Positions 18,377-31,804 of a stretch of 64,000 nucleotides of DNA are shown here, piece by piece; positions within the stretch are counted from its first letter, which is position 1, and every line of letters begins with the position of its first letter. Below the pieces are notes generated by a model. The model searched no databases. It was not told the origin of the DNA and was given only the letters and a program-made list of their open reading frames with translations. The translations under genes and the position numbers were made by a program. The stretch spans positions 72,850,001-72,914,000 of the forward strand of contig OZ024741.1 of NCBI GenBank assembly GCA_964016885.1, in the 5' to 3' direction. The stretch comes from Eledone cirrhosa (taxonomy: Eukaryota).

Positions 18377-18777
18377 ATGTTCTTCTGGTTTTATAATTTC
18401 ACAAAGTTTTACCAATATAGAGAGAGTCGGTTTCTAACATAGACACAAGACTCTCTCTCTCATTGGAATTTACACAACATCAACTAGGTAGATATGTATG
18501 TATGCATGCATGTGTAGATATGGATGTTATTATATGTGTGGATGTGTATGTTTTGAGTTGTATGTGTGGATGTGTATATGCTTTGTATCTGTACATGTGT
18601 ATATGCAGTTATTAGATGCAAAATTTTTTGAATGTTTTACATATTTTTACTGTTCCATTAATGGATTGTACTTGTAGTTTCCTAACTAGTTGTGTTCTTT
18701 CTGTTCCTGTGAAGCCTAGCTTCACAAGATTTGTATTGAGGCAGTTACTAACATATCCCAGTGCCCCAATAATCACA
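18377..18777 (-). mobile_element. 3' end of an RLE-type non-LTR retrotransposon (second RLE family)
   Basis: Near-identical to 37871-38270; translates to VIIGALGYV..CLNTNL.KLGF...LVRKLQVQSINGTVKICK.F; (CATA)n on both sides. Confidence 0.7.
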
Positions 18778-18887
18778 TGTATGTATGTATGTATGTATGT
18801 ATGTATGTATGTATGTATGTATGTATGTATGTATGTATGTATGTATGTATGTATGTATGTATGTATTTGTGTGTATGTATGTATGTT

Positions 18888-19400
18888 CCGGGAGAGATGA
18901 CCCCTTAGCCTTTGTCAAGGCAGAATTCTAGAAGGAAAACTCTGATATAACAGCTGCAACCCTGATGATATCCAATGATGTTGACTTGCTCTTTTTGGTA
19001 AATATCATCTTGGTTAAGAGAGTGGGACTGGCTTTGTGCAGTGCCTTTGCTCACTAAAAAAGCTTCACGGCATAGGCATTGCTTTATATCTGCAGATCTC
19101 TCTGCACTTGTCGTCACATGGTACCATGGGCCCATCACTTTGTGTCAATAATTGTCACAAGTGTAGTGTCTGTACCAGAGTTTTCAAGTCGCTGGCTGGA
19201 CTAAAAAGTCACACTCGTTCAGCACATCGGTAGGGGTTGTCCTACATGGATATAAAGTAGTGGCCGTACTCGAAAACGAGTTGGTAGCCACCATGTATGT
19301 ATGTATGTATGTATGTATGTATGTATGTATGTATGTATGTTTGTATGTATGTATGTATGTATGTATGTATGTATGTATGTATGTATTTGTGTGTATGTAT
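18888..19400 (+). mobile_element. Non-autonomous bipartite RTE derivative (family Y)
   Basis: RTE-like 5'UTR, then last zinc-finger codons (CSVCTRVFKSLAGLKSHTRSAH*, similar to finger 3 of the intact ORF), 3' hairpin and (ATGT)n tail. Confidence 0.85.
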
Positions 19401-19540
19401 GTATGTATGTATGTATGTATGAATGCATGTATTTGTGTGTATGTATGTGTATGTATGTGTATGTATGTGTATGTATGTATATATGTACAGAGTGAGAGGC
19501 TAACGATAAACTGAGGATCATTCTGTCTGAAAACCATGAA

Positions 19541-20500
19541 ATGAAACTACGTGGCGGTGGTGCTGGTGGTGGTGGTATTGGTGGCGGTGGTGCTGGTGGT
19601 GGTGGCGGTGGTCCTGGTGGCGGTGGTGCTGGTGGTGCTGGTGCTGGTGGCGGTGGTGCTGGTGGTGGTGGCAGTGATCCTGGTGGCGGTGGTGCTGGTG
19701 GTGCTGGTGCTGGTGGCGGTGGTGGTGGTGGTGGTGCTGGTGCTTGTGGCGGTGGTCCTGGTGGCGGTGGTGCTGGTGGTGGTGGCGGTGGTGCTGGTGG
19801 TGCTGGTGCTGGTGGCGGTGGTCCTGGTGGCGGTGGTGCTGGTGGTGCTGGTGCTGGTGGCGGTGGTCCTGGTGGCGGTGGTCCTGGTGGCGGTGGTGCT
19901 GGTGGTGCTGGTGCTGGTGGTGCTGGTGCTGGTGGTGGCTGTGCTGGTGGCGGTGGTCCTGGTGGCGGTGGTGGCGGTGGTCCTGGTGGCGGTGGTCCTG
20001 GTGGCGGTGGTGATGGTGGTGGTGGTCCTGGTGGCGGTGGCGGTGGTGGTTGTGGTGCTGGTGCTGGTGGCAGTGGTGCTGGTGGCAGTGGTGCTGGTGG
20101 TGGTGGTGCTGGTGGTGGTGCTGGTGCTGGTGCTGGTACTGGTGGTGGCGGTGTTGGCGGTGGTGTTTATGGTGGTAGTGCTCGTGGTGGTGGTGCTGTT
20201 GGTGGTGATGGTGTTGATGGTGGTGGTGGCGGTGGTGGTGTTGGTTGTGTTGGTGGTGTTGGTGGTTGGTGTTGGTAGTGGTGGTGGTGGTGGTAGTGGT
20301 GGAGGAGATGATGGTCGTGGTGGTCGTGGTGGTCGTGGTCGTGGTCGTAGTACTGGTGGTGGAGGTGCCGGTGGCGGTGACGGTGATGCTGGTGGTGGTA
20401 GTGTTGGCGGTGGTGGTACTGGTGGTGGCGGTGGCTGTGGTATCGGTGGTGGCGATGGCTGTGGTATCGGCGGTGGCGGCGGCAGTGTTGGTGGCACTGA
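19541..20500. repeat. GGT/GGC/GCT/CCT triplet-based low-complexity tract
   Basis: Reads as Gly-rich (+) or Pro-rich (-); frame shift near 20267; no recognisable domain. Confidence 0.85.
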
Positions 20501-20759
20501 TGGCAGTTTGGAGTGCATAATCGAAGATGCTGTGGAAAGCATATCTATTTAGCTATCTGATAATAGTAATATCGATCTGTTAAGTTGAGTTCAGTGGTGC
20601 GTAACTAGGGTAAACGTCTCTAAGACGGCCATCTTGCCTAGATAACCTGTTAACGTCTTTATCACATAGTTGCCAGCTTTCAGGACAGTTGCATCTGGCC
20701 TTTCATAACTTTGATATCACGCTACAATGACTTAGAGACCATGAGGGCGATGGGGCAGA

Positions 20760-21660
20760 TATGTGTATATGTATGTAGGTGTGTGATGTTGTGTGTATAT
20801 GTGTGTAGGTGTGTGTCTTTTGTGTGTGTGTGTTGTGTGTGTATGTATTTGTGTGTAGATGAAATTATGTCTGTGTGCAGGTGTGATTTTTTGTGTGTGT
20901 TGATGTGTGCGTTGGTGTGTAGATGTAATTATGTGTCAGTGTGTTGTTGTGTGTATTTGTATGTAAGTGTAGGCATGTGTGGATGTGTTGATGTATGTAT
21001 TGGTGTGTAGATGTAGGTATGTGTGTGTGTTTATGTTGATGTGTGTATTGGTGTGTAGGTGTAGGCATGTGTGTGTTGATGTGTGGATTGATATGTAGGT
21101 AGGTGTGTGTGTTTATGTGTGTATTTGTGTGTGGGTGTAGGCACGTGTGAGTGTGTTTTATGTGTGTATTGGTGTGTAGATGTAGGTATGTGTGTATGTT
21201 TATCTGTGTATTGGTGTGTAGGTGTAGGCACGTGTGAGTGTGTTTTTATGTGTGTATTGGTGTGTAGATGTAGGTATGTGTGTGTGTATGTGTGTGTGTT
21301 TATGTGTGTATTGGTGTGTAGATGTAGGGACGTGGGAATGTGTTTTTATGTGTGTATTGGTGTTTAGATGAAAGTATGTGGTTGTATGTTGGTACGTGTA
21401 TTGGTGTGTAGATGTAGTTATGTGTCTGCGTGTTGTTGTGTTGTGTGTGTGTGTGTTGATGTATGTATTGGTGTGTAGTTGTAGGCCTATGTGTGTTGAT
21501 GTGTGTATTGGTGTGTAGTTGTAGGCATGTGTGTGTTGATGTCTGTATTGGTGTGTAGTTGTAGGCCTGTGTGTGTTGATGTGTGTATTGGTGTGTAGTT
21601 GTAGGCATGTGTGTGTTGATGTGTGTATTGGTGTGTATGTGTAGGTATGTGTGTTTGTGT
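20760..21660 (+). repeat. Degenerate TG-rich minisatellite ending in about 4.5 regular 40-bp units (21451-21640)
   Basis: Unit GTGTGTATTGGTGTGTAGTTGTAGGCATGTGTGTGTTGAT. Confidence 0.85.
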
Positions 21661-21765
21661 GTTTGTTAGTGTGTCTCTGTTGGCTTTTGTGTAGGAGTGT
21701 TTGTGTTGGTGCGTGTTAGGCTTAAGTTTAAGGTATATGTGTTTATATACATATATGTGTATGTT

Positions 21766-21796
<31 letters not shown>

Positions 21797-22235
21797 ATAT
21801 GTATGTGTTAGTATGTGTCTAGGAGAATATGTGTGGGACTGTGTTGGTGCGTGTGTGGGTAGGTATGTGTGTATTGGTATGTAGATGTGTGTGTGTGTGC
21901 GTGCATGCGCAGAGACAGAGACAAGAATAAATAAATAAATTAGTTAATTAATTAATTAAAAATGGCGTAGACATTACATTACAATACAACGGGAGGAAAC
22001 ATAATAGTACCAATGATGATGTTGCAGATGTGCGACGAAAGAACTTTGATAGACTATATATATATATATTTATATTTATATCTGTATTTTTAACAGCAGG
22101 TCAATCAATGATAAAAATTGATTGCCAAATAGATATAAAAGATACAGAAGCGAAAACCAACCCAACCAAATAGTGAGTGTGTTCTGTTATTATTTCTCGC
22201 AATATTATTACAATATGACCCTCTACAAGTATAAC

Positions 22236-22606
<371 letters not shown>

Positions 22607-24162
22607 AGAAAGTGAGGTTTTTTACAAAATGAAAAAAAACGAGGTGTCCTACACGAGTGAAAGTATAAAATATATATATTCATTTGGTTCATTTACCGGT
22701 TTCGCAGTTCTTCTGCTTTTCAAAAGTAGAATTGAGATGCAGTGTTTGTGGTTTTTCTCACATCTGGTTGGTCTTTGAATGTTAGTTCTGTTTTATATGG
22801 AAGCTCGAAATGCTAGGTTTTTAGAGAAGTAATTTGGTTGGTTGGTGAATAAGTATAATAAATTTCGCGCCAGTTCGCGTTACAAAGTTCTTATTATATT
22901 TGCCTTAAAAGGGGGGGGGGGGGGGCTCAGGTTGTTTTTTCATATATGAGTGAAGTTTGGATGGTTTATGCAGTCACGGGAATAAGCACATCAGCTTTCG
23001 CGCCAGTTTGTGTTTGAGTTTCTTTTTACTTAAAAAAAAGGGTGGCTCACGAAGGCTTTTTTTTATAAATGTAATTTATAAATGAAATTTTGACGTTCAC
23101 GTGACAGTCAAAATTTATATATATATATATGAGAGTATTGAAGTGTGCTTGAAGCATTGTGGAATAATAAGATTTATTTATATTGGTCGTTTTGGACTAA
23201 CAGCGGACAGCAGCAGAGGACATGTACCGTTCCTCTCCGACAGATAACTCCCCCCCCCCCCCCCCGACGGGAACCCACCCCCAGTTGATGGATGCGAATC
23301 CGAAATATAGGGACAATTAAATCTCTTCCAAGGTAACTCTATCTCGTGTTATTATTTTTATTTTTACGCTCTTTCCTACGTTCCTCTACACACTATACAT
23401 CTCATTCTACATTCTCTTACATCTCTCTCTTCACCACCGGATTCTGTTACCCGTAGATTTAGCCATCTGCATTGTTGAGGCTTCCAAAACGACCAAAATA
23501 AATAAATCATATATATATAATAATAAATCCGAACAGGGCTCGATAAGGATTATATATATATAAATATATATAAAAACCGTAGAGCAAATATTTATTAGAA
23601 TAACAGATTAAAGTTTAAGTAAAGAATCGCTGCTTTCCCCCCTTAAACTAAAAAAAATCAATCTGTGAACGCAGAAGTAAATATTTCGAAAAACTTTACA
23701 ATCGAAGGAAAACAGGAAGACGTTTCCTGACAATGAATGGTAAAAGCGAGGATAATTACGTCGTTATGTGGATCGTTGAGAACAATTTCATGCAAAGACA
23801 AAAACACGTTTTTGGTATAAATGGAGTCATTAGACTAAAATTCTATTTAGAATAACCGAATGATTCTCAGCTCCGGAGTTTAAGAATAAAATAAAGTTGT
23901 TAAACGAAAATGACAGAAGTTATTAAAATAGTAAATAATAGTTAAGACACACAAGCATATATATATATCAGCATGACTTGGCAAGCTATTTAGAACACTG
24001 GTTTAACCACTTTACTTCCCTCCGGAGAAGAGATATTATCTCGAAAATTAAGGACATTTAAATAAATCTAAGGTAAAAGACTAATTGTCAACAATATCTT
24101 TTGCATTTGCATTTTTTATTCTATGTCCATACCTGCATTGTTTTGGCTTTACAAATTCAAAC

Positions 24163-24239
<77 letters not shown>

Positions 24240-25150
24240 CATATATTAGAAAGTGAGGTTTTTTACAGAATGAAAAATAACCGAGGTGTCCTACACGAGT
24301 GAAAGTATAAAGAAAAAAAGATGAAATCGAAAATGTAACTGGAGTCTTATTAAAAAAAAATATATATATATTTATTTGGTTTCTTTACCGGTTTCGCAGT
24401 TCTTATGCTTTGCAAAAGTAGAGTTGAGATGGAGGGTCTGTGGTTTTTCTCACATCTAATATATAAAGGTATATATTGAGTTAGAAACTCAAAATAGTCT
24501 CTTACAATTAAATAGCTCAAGGAAAGAGATTTTCCCGAGCCGTATATTATAATTGAATATAAGAGAAATAAACACAGATATATAGACATATGTGTTACAA
24601 TCGTAAAGGACCGGTTTCGCTAGGGTGAAAAAGATACTAACTATAACCAATAGGGTTTGCCAGACTCAATTTAAAAGAATAAATCAAGAAAATAAATACA
24701 AACCGGTATGGAGTAACTATCCTGTGGTGCGTGTGTGTGTTTTTTTTTCAGCCTGTTTGTCACAGGTCCCTTTGTGGTGGGAAATTAAAAAAATCTTTTT
24801 CTTCAAAAGTCAAAAATATCCTAAAACTTAAAAATTCCTTCAAAATTCAAAATTTAAAAACTTAAAAAAAAAAAAAAAAAAAAAGCAGAGCAGCGTATCA
24901 GTAGTGGTTCTCAAGCAGGAACTTCTAGAATGAGTAATTTGTTCTCTCTTATTTTGCGGTGTGTGTGTATATATATGGGGTTTGTAGTGTGGTGTTTATG
25001 TGTGTGTTTTTTAGGCCTGTCTCTCACAGGTCCCTTTGTGGTGGGAAGTTTAGAAAAATCTTTAAAATTAAAAAAATCTTCAAAAATGTAAAGGATTCTC
25101 AAAATTAAAAAAAAAAAACCAGAGAAGAGTATCAGTAGTGACTCTGGATT

Positions 25151-25186
25151 TATTCTGATGAAGGACTAGCGTCCGAAACGTTAAGA
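25151..25186 (+). ncRNA. Minimal type I hammerhead ribozyme with palindromic stem III (ACGU)
   Basis: CTGATGA a GGAC tagc GTCC GAAA CGT T AAGA; core intact. Confidence 0.8.
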
Positions 25187-25403
25187 CCCTCTTCCTGCTA
25201 TATCAAGCGTTAACCTAATATATACCTTCCCTATATTGTACCGATTGTGTTGTTATTTCTGTTTAACTTTTACATACATATATATATATATATCAACGCT
25301 TACGTGGACCTCTCAAAATTCGTTGGATTTTCTGATTGGACTTTCACCTCGAAACTAGATACCACCAAGAAATCTTTCGTACCTTTGAAATTTTCTTTGT
25401 TTC

Positions 25404-28230
25404 TTGCATTTAAATATTCCACGAGTCTCTACCACTTTTCCTCTACTACATTCTTCTCAGCCGTCTATTTTTCACACCCCACCTAGTACCTTCAATATGC
25501 CCAATCTCAAATCTTTTCTCCGCCAGCTCTATTCTACTCTCAAGCGCTTCCTCCAACCCCCCCCCCCCTATATGCATCCAATCCTCCCTGCATCTCTCCA
25601 ACCTCATCTTCACCAAAACACGATCCAACAGTCACATCACATTTTTAAGTCGCTGTCTCCACCACCACCCCATTCCCCGCGGTTTCCGCCTCAAGTTTCA
25701 CCCACCTCTTACTCTGCTCCCACCACTGAGCCCATCCTTACCCGCTCCTCTCGCCAGCTCATGCGGGCGACCATTCGATCAACTCTCGCCCAAATCCGTT
25801 CTCTCGACCGAGATCTCCCCAAGGCCTACCTCTATCTCTCCTCCACTTGCCACCCTTTCCTAGCTCAATCCCTTATCCAATTCATCCTTTACCTCAATGG
25901 CCTCCTTTTCAATTTCCTCACTTCCGCAAAAAAACATAAACTCGACTCTCTCTGCTCCCCGCCTTCCGTCACCACCCATACTCATATCACCTCCAACCCT
26001 AACTCGTCACCTACCACTGTATCTGCACACGCTTTGCGCAACCACATTGACCCCTCCGTTTCCGCCTCTTTCACTCCCTCACGTCCCTGCACTGTAGTTA
26101 CCATACCCCAGGACCTACCACTCTCCAAAGCTGAGCGCTCCCACTTCGCCCGTGGTTTGCGTTTTATACCAACCACATCTACCTGTGATGAGTTCCGCAC
26201 ACGTGCCGAGATTGAAGGGTTCTTCCACCGTTTAAATTTGAAAGCTTCTTTTTTCACAACACGCCACCATCAACACAGACGGATGACTTCACTCGTCTTA
26301 GTCGCTAGCAATCACATTGGACGCCGAGCTCTGGCCAGTTCAGCAACCTCGACTCCTTTGTCGATACTTGCCGGTGTACTGTGAATCGGTTCCGTTTCCA
26401 CCAGCATTCTCGTCGCTCTAACATCATGCGAACTGAGCTCTCCGCTCTTCGCAACCTTCGGCGTCATGATGACATTGTCATCAAACCTGCTGACAAAGGT
26501 GGCGCTGTGGTGGTTTGGAGCGCTGACCTCTATAGGGCTAAGGCTCTCCGCCAGCTTCACAATACCCCTTTTTACCTCCCTTTATCCTCCAACCCCTCTC
26601 CTGGCTACCAACAACTCGTGCCTCTACCATCCACGAGCTCATCTCCTCCTCTCACCTAATCCCCCCCCCAACCACCAACCTTATTGTACACCCACCATCT
26701 ACTTCCTCCCCAACATACACAAACAAAATGGCCATCCTATCGTTTCTGCGTGCAACTGCCCCATCGAGATAATTTCTGAATATTTAGACACCATCCTCGC
26801 CCCGTGGTCGGCATTCTCTCCTCCCACATCCACGATACAAATCATGCCCTTAGACTTTTCAACTCTTTCTCCTTCCCTCCTGGTCCCTCCCTCCTCTTTA
26901 CCCTGGACATTACTTCTCTCTATACCGTCATCCCTCATGATGACGGCCTCCACGCTCTCCAGCATTTTTTAGATTTACGCCCTACCCCTTACCCCAGCAC
27001 TACCACTCTTCTCCGTCTGGCTGAGCTTGTTTTCACCCTTAATGGATTTTCTTTTTCGGGTGAATTTTACCAGCAGGTCTCTGGGGTAGCGATGGGAACC
27101 AGAATGGGTCCAACTATGCCAACTTGTTTGTTGGCTACGTCGAAGCCTAGATCTTCTCCCAGTACGCTGGACCGACTCCTGAGCTATACAGTCGTTATAT
27201 CGACGACTGTATCGGCGCCACCTCTCTATCACGAGAACAGCTCGACTGTTTTCTTTCTTTTGTCCAATCTTTCCACCCTGCTCTCAATTTCACTGCCTCT
27301 GTCTCCGATTCTTCTGTCGCTTTTCTAGATATCTCTCTATCTATTAATCGCTCTCACCAAACCCTCTCTACTTCCATCTACATTAAAGCAACAGACTCCC
27401 AATCTTATCTCGATTTCACCCCCTCCCATCCAACCCACACCAAACACTCCATACCCTATTCCCAATTCCTCCGACTTCGTCGACTCTGTAGCCAGGACGA
27501 CGATTTCGAAACCCACTCCCTTCGCATGGCTTCCTGCTTCATCCAACGTGGATATTCCCCCACCTTGATCCAAGCTGCTCTCACCCGCGCCCGTGAAACA
27601 GACCGTACCACTGCCCTCTCACCCCCGCCCTCCCAACACCCGGGTTCCTTTCCCTCTCACCTACCACCCCATCACCCTATCACTCCGGCGACATATCCTC
27701 CGTTCCTTCCGTATCCTCTCTTCTGACTCCGTCACTTCTCACTTTTTCCAAACCCAACCATTACTGCTTTTGAGCGCACCCGAAACCTCCACGACCTCCT
27801 GGTTCGCAGTTCTTTTTCGTCCTCTCCCACGACTCCACCCGACTCTCATCCATTTTCCCGTTCCGGCTGCAACACTTGTCCCTTTATTTCCACCCTCACC
27901 ACTCTTACAGGCCCTAACGTGTCTTTCCGTATCCGCCATTCCTTCACCTGCACATCCACCCACATTGTCTAGGCCCTCCGGTGTTCCCTTTGCGGGTCTT
28001 TATATATCGGACAAACGGGGCGCCGTATGGCGGACCATTTTGCCGAACATTTGAGGGACATACAACTCGGTTTGGATACTCCTGTCGCCCGTCATTTCTG
28101 TTCTCCTGGTCATTCTTCCCTACATGATTCAGTCCTGGGTGTCCTTTTACATCATGGATCACAGGCTTTTACATCATGATTCACCGTCTTGGGTCCTATT
28201 CCCCTCTTGGACTCAACTCACCTCCCCAAT
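25404..28230 (+). pseudogene. Frameshifted PLE reverse transcriptase + GIY-YIG endonuclease
   Basis: KPADKGGAVVVW, LDITSLYT, GVAMGTRMGP, RYIDDCIG (27193), IPYSQFLRLRRLCS, CSLCGSLYIGQTGRR..DHFAEH. Confidence 0.9.
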
Positions 28231-28377
28231 TTCTCTAATACCCCGTCCATTAGCACACCCCTATATTCCTATCGCTTTCTCTTTGCTCATAGCTTCGTAC
28301 TTACATGCACACACACTCTTTTACTTACATATACACACAGTTCTTCTTAGCGTTGTACGAACCAATAATAACTCACA

Positions 28378-28437
<60 letters not shown>

Positions 28438-28442
28438 GACAG

Positions 28443-28522
<80 letters not shown>

Positions 28523-28805
28523 ACACACACACATACAAACTTTTCTAAAAAATAAATCATACACAAAACACCAGCACCAACAGTTTTGCAAGAGATGTCA
28601 ACATGAATGGACCTATTATTTTTATCTAAAGACACTTTTTCAAATTCCATCCCGCCCGTCCCCTTAATCTATTTTATTTCTCATTCTTTCATCTGATGAA
28701 GGACTAGCGTCCTAAACGTTAAGACCCTTTTCCTGCTATATCAAGCGTTAACCTAATATATACTTTCCATATACTGTACCGATTGTGTTGTTATTTCTGT
28801 TTACC

Positions 28806-28879
<74 letters not shown>

Positions 28880-29364
28880 GCATATATGTGTATTTGTATG
28901 TCTAAGTTTGTTCGCGAGTCATCTGTATTTGTGTGTCTTGTCTAGCTGGATATTATTGTATTTATAATTATATACAAGACATGTGATCATAATGCATATA
29001 CTCGCTCTCTCTCTACTCACACACACATATATATATATATATATGTATATATATATCTGTGTGTGTGTGTGTATGCATTGATATATGTATATATGTATCT
29101 ATCTATCAATATACCTATCTAGCCATCTCTCTCACTCTTTCTCTCTCTTTTCTTCATCATATCTCTCTCTGAATGGATCTATTATTTTTCTCTAAAAACA
29201 TTTTTCCGATTCCACCCCGCCCGTACCTTTAATCCTTCTAATTTCTCATTTTCTCTTCCGATGAAGGACTTGCGTCCGAAATGTTAAGACCCTCTTCCTC
29301 CCATTTCAAACGTTAACCCAATATATTCCTTGCATATACTGTACCGATTGTGGTGTTATTTCTG

Positions 29365-29458
<94 letters not shown>

Positions 29459-29740
29459 TATATATATAAACAAGAAGTGTAAGTCAACAGGTTAAAAAAT
29501 TTTCGTTTAATCATATTCGCTGCTATATATATTTCAGTGAAAACCATTATTCAACAGCTATGACCTCATCAAGCAGTAAGAACTTGAAAAGAAAAAACAG
29601 GAAAACATAATGTCGTAATAGATTTGAAACCCAGTGTGGTGTTAGTCCACTAGGGAACTAAAGGCATATTGTTTTTACATTACTCCGGGGTGAACTGACC
29701 CACCTGCGTACTGAAGTATCAGTAAACAACCAACACACTC

Positions 29741-29881
<141 letters not shown>

Positions 29882-29882
29882 C

Positions 29883-30122
<240 letters not shown>

Positions 30123-30195
30123 TTATACTCTACTTTGTATTGAGTACCTTACTTACTGTGGTTACCCTCGATTGAACCCGGGATGAAGCTTATAT

Positions 30196-30686
30196 CATAC
30201 GAAAGGACGGTTATATGATGCCTGTGTGAGATGCGCGATGCTGCATGGTAGTGAGACATGGGCGGCAACTGCAGAGGATATGCGACGGCTGGAGAGAAAT
30301 GAAGCAAGTATGCCCCGTTGGATGTGCAATGTCAATGTGCGTGAACGACCAACCATGGACGAGTTGAGAAAGAAACTGGGTATAAGAGAGATAAGTTGTG
30401 GTGTGCAGGAGAAAAGGCTGAGATGGTATGGAGATGTGATACGCATGGAGGATGACCGCTGGGTAAAGAAGTGCCAAGAAATCCCAGTAGAAGGAAGACG
30501 CAGTAGAGGTAGACCACGTAAAACATGGGCGGAGGTGGTGAGAGCAGACCTCAGACCGCTGAAACTCACGGAGGAGATGAAGGACCGTGACAAGTGGAGA
30601 GATACTGTGCTGAATAGGACCCGTCCAACCCTTGCAAGCAGGAAAAAGCGGACGTAAAATGATGATGATGATGATGATGATGATGA
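30196..30686 (+). mobile_element. 5'-truncated RTE-type LINE 3' end
   Basis: LYDACVR.AMLHGSETW, RLRWYG.V.RM, GRRSRGRPRKTW; (GAT)n tail. Confidence 0.85.
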
Positions 30687-30704
30687 TATATATATATATA
30701 TATA

Positions 30705-30850
30705 CAATATATTAACAAATGGAAACTATATTTATAAAACCATATTTATTTCATAGATATTTCAAGGGCCACCAAGGTAAACTATGGTGCGCTTTCATCA
30801 GATAAAATATAATATATGTTAGTTTTATAAATAAATATTGACATACCCAT
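30705..30850 (-). ncRNA. Hammerhead-like motif (30750-30808) in a repeat shared with 34546-34893 and 44480-44552
   Basis: Reverse complement CTGATGA AAG...CTT GAAA TATC. Confidence 0.6.
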
Positions 30851-31371
30851 AAAAATGCAACCATTCTGGTTGGAATCTCCTGTATCCCAACAAATTAAAT
30901 ATAACCTCTACACATATATATATATATATATATATATTATTGTGTAGATTTATGTATAATTGTGCGTGCGAATGTTCTTTAGTCTTTTCACAGCTTGTAC
31001 TCAACGATATATTTTCCCGTTTCTAATGAATAACTATATATGTATATGTATAACTAAATATATTAGTAAATTTATTTCTACATTGAAAATGTGATGTGCA
31101 GGCATGTGTGTGTGTGTGTATGTGTGTGTCTATGTATATATACATAAATAAATGTATACACACACATAAATATATAGTTATATATATGTGCGTGTGTGTG
31201 TCTGTGTGTATGTGCGTGTGAGTGCGTGTGTGTGTATGTGTGTGTGTGTGTAAACGGATGATGTGAGGATGCCGGAAGCTGTAATGTGTTCTGCAAACAA
31301 CATTATAGACAGACTGAAAAATATTAACTACAACAAAACCAGTAGCAACAACAACAATACTAATAATGATA

Positions 31372-31616
31372 TTAATAATAATAATTGTTTCTACTTTAGG
31401 CACAAGGCCAGCAATTACCCAGTGCATTACTGGTACTTTATTTTATCGACCCCGTAAGGATGAACGGCAAAGTTAACTTCTGCGGGATTTGAACTCAGAT
31501 CGTAAAGGGACGTAACTATGCTGCAAAGCATGGTGTCCGACCCTCTACCGATACTGCCAATCCACCGCCAATCCATACTGCCAATCCACCGCCAATCCAT
31601 ACTGCCAATCCACCGA
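31372..31616 (-). mobile_element. tRNA-derived SINE with triplicated 5' end
   Basis: Same family as 16792; ATACTGCCAATCCACCG x3 at 31552-31616. Confidence 0.85.
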
Positions 31617-31804
31617 TATTAATAATAATAATAATGAATAAAAAAAATAATACAAAAAATACAATACTTTGACAGATTAATAAGATTGAGAATTAAATAC
31701 ACCCATTGCACACATCAACCTATACACAAATACACACATACACACACTTCGAAGCACACACATATATATAGGTGTATGTATGTGTTAATGTATGTATGTG
31801 TAAT

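Larger units (their letters stand above)
25150..29370 (+). mobile_element. Decayed Penelope-like element with hammerhead-bearing direct pseudo-LTRs
   Basis: Repeats at about 25150-25275, 28585-28812 and 29175-29370 carry CTGATGAAGGACTAGCGTCCGAAACGTTAAGA-type motifs and flank an RT/GIY-YIG remnant. Confidence 0.85.

Noticed and set aside
19547-20542. Formin FH1 or mucin-like gene on the minus strand
   Set aside because: The Pro frame has a frameshift and a stop, and there is no FH2 or other domain nearby
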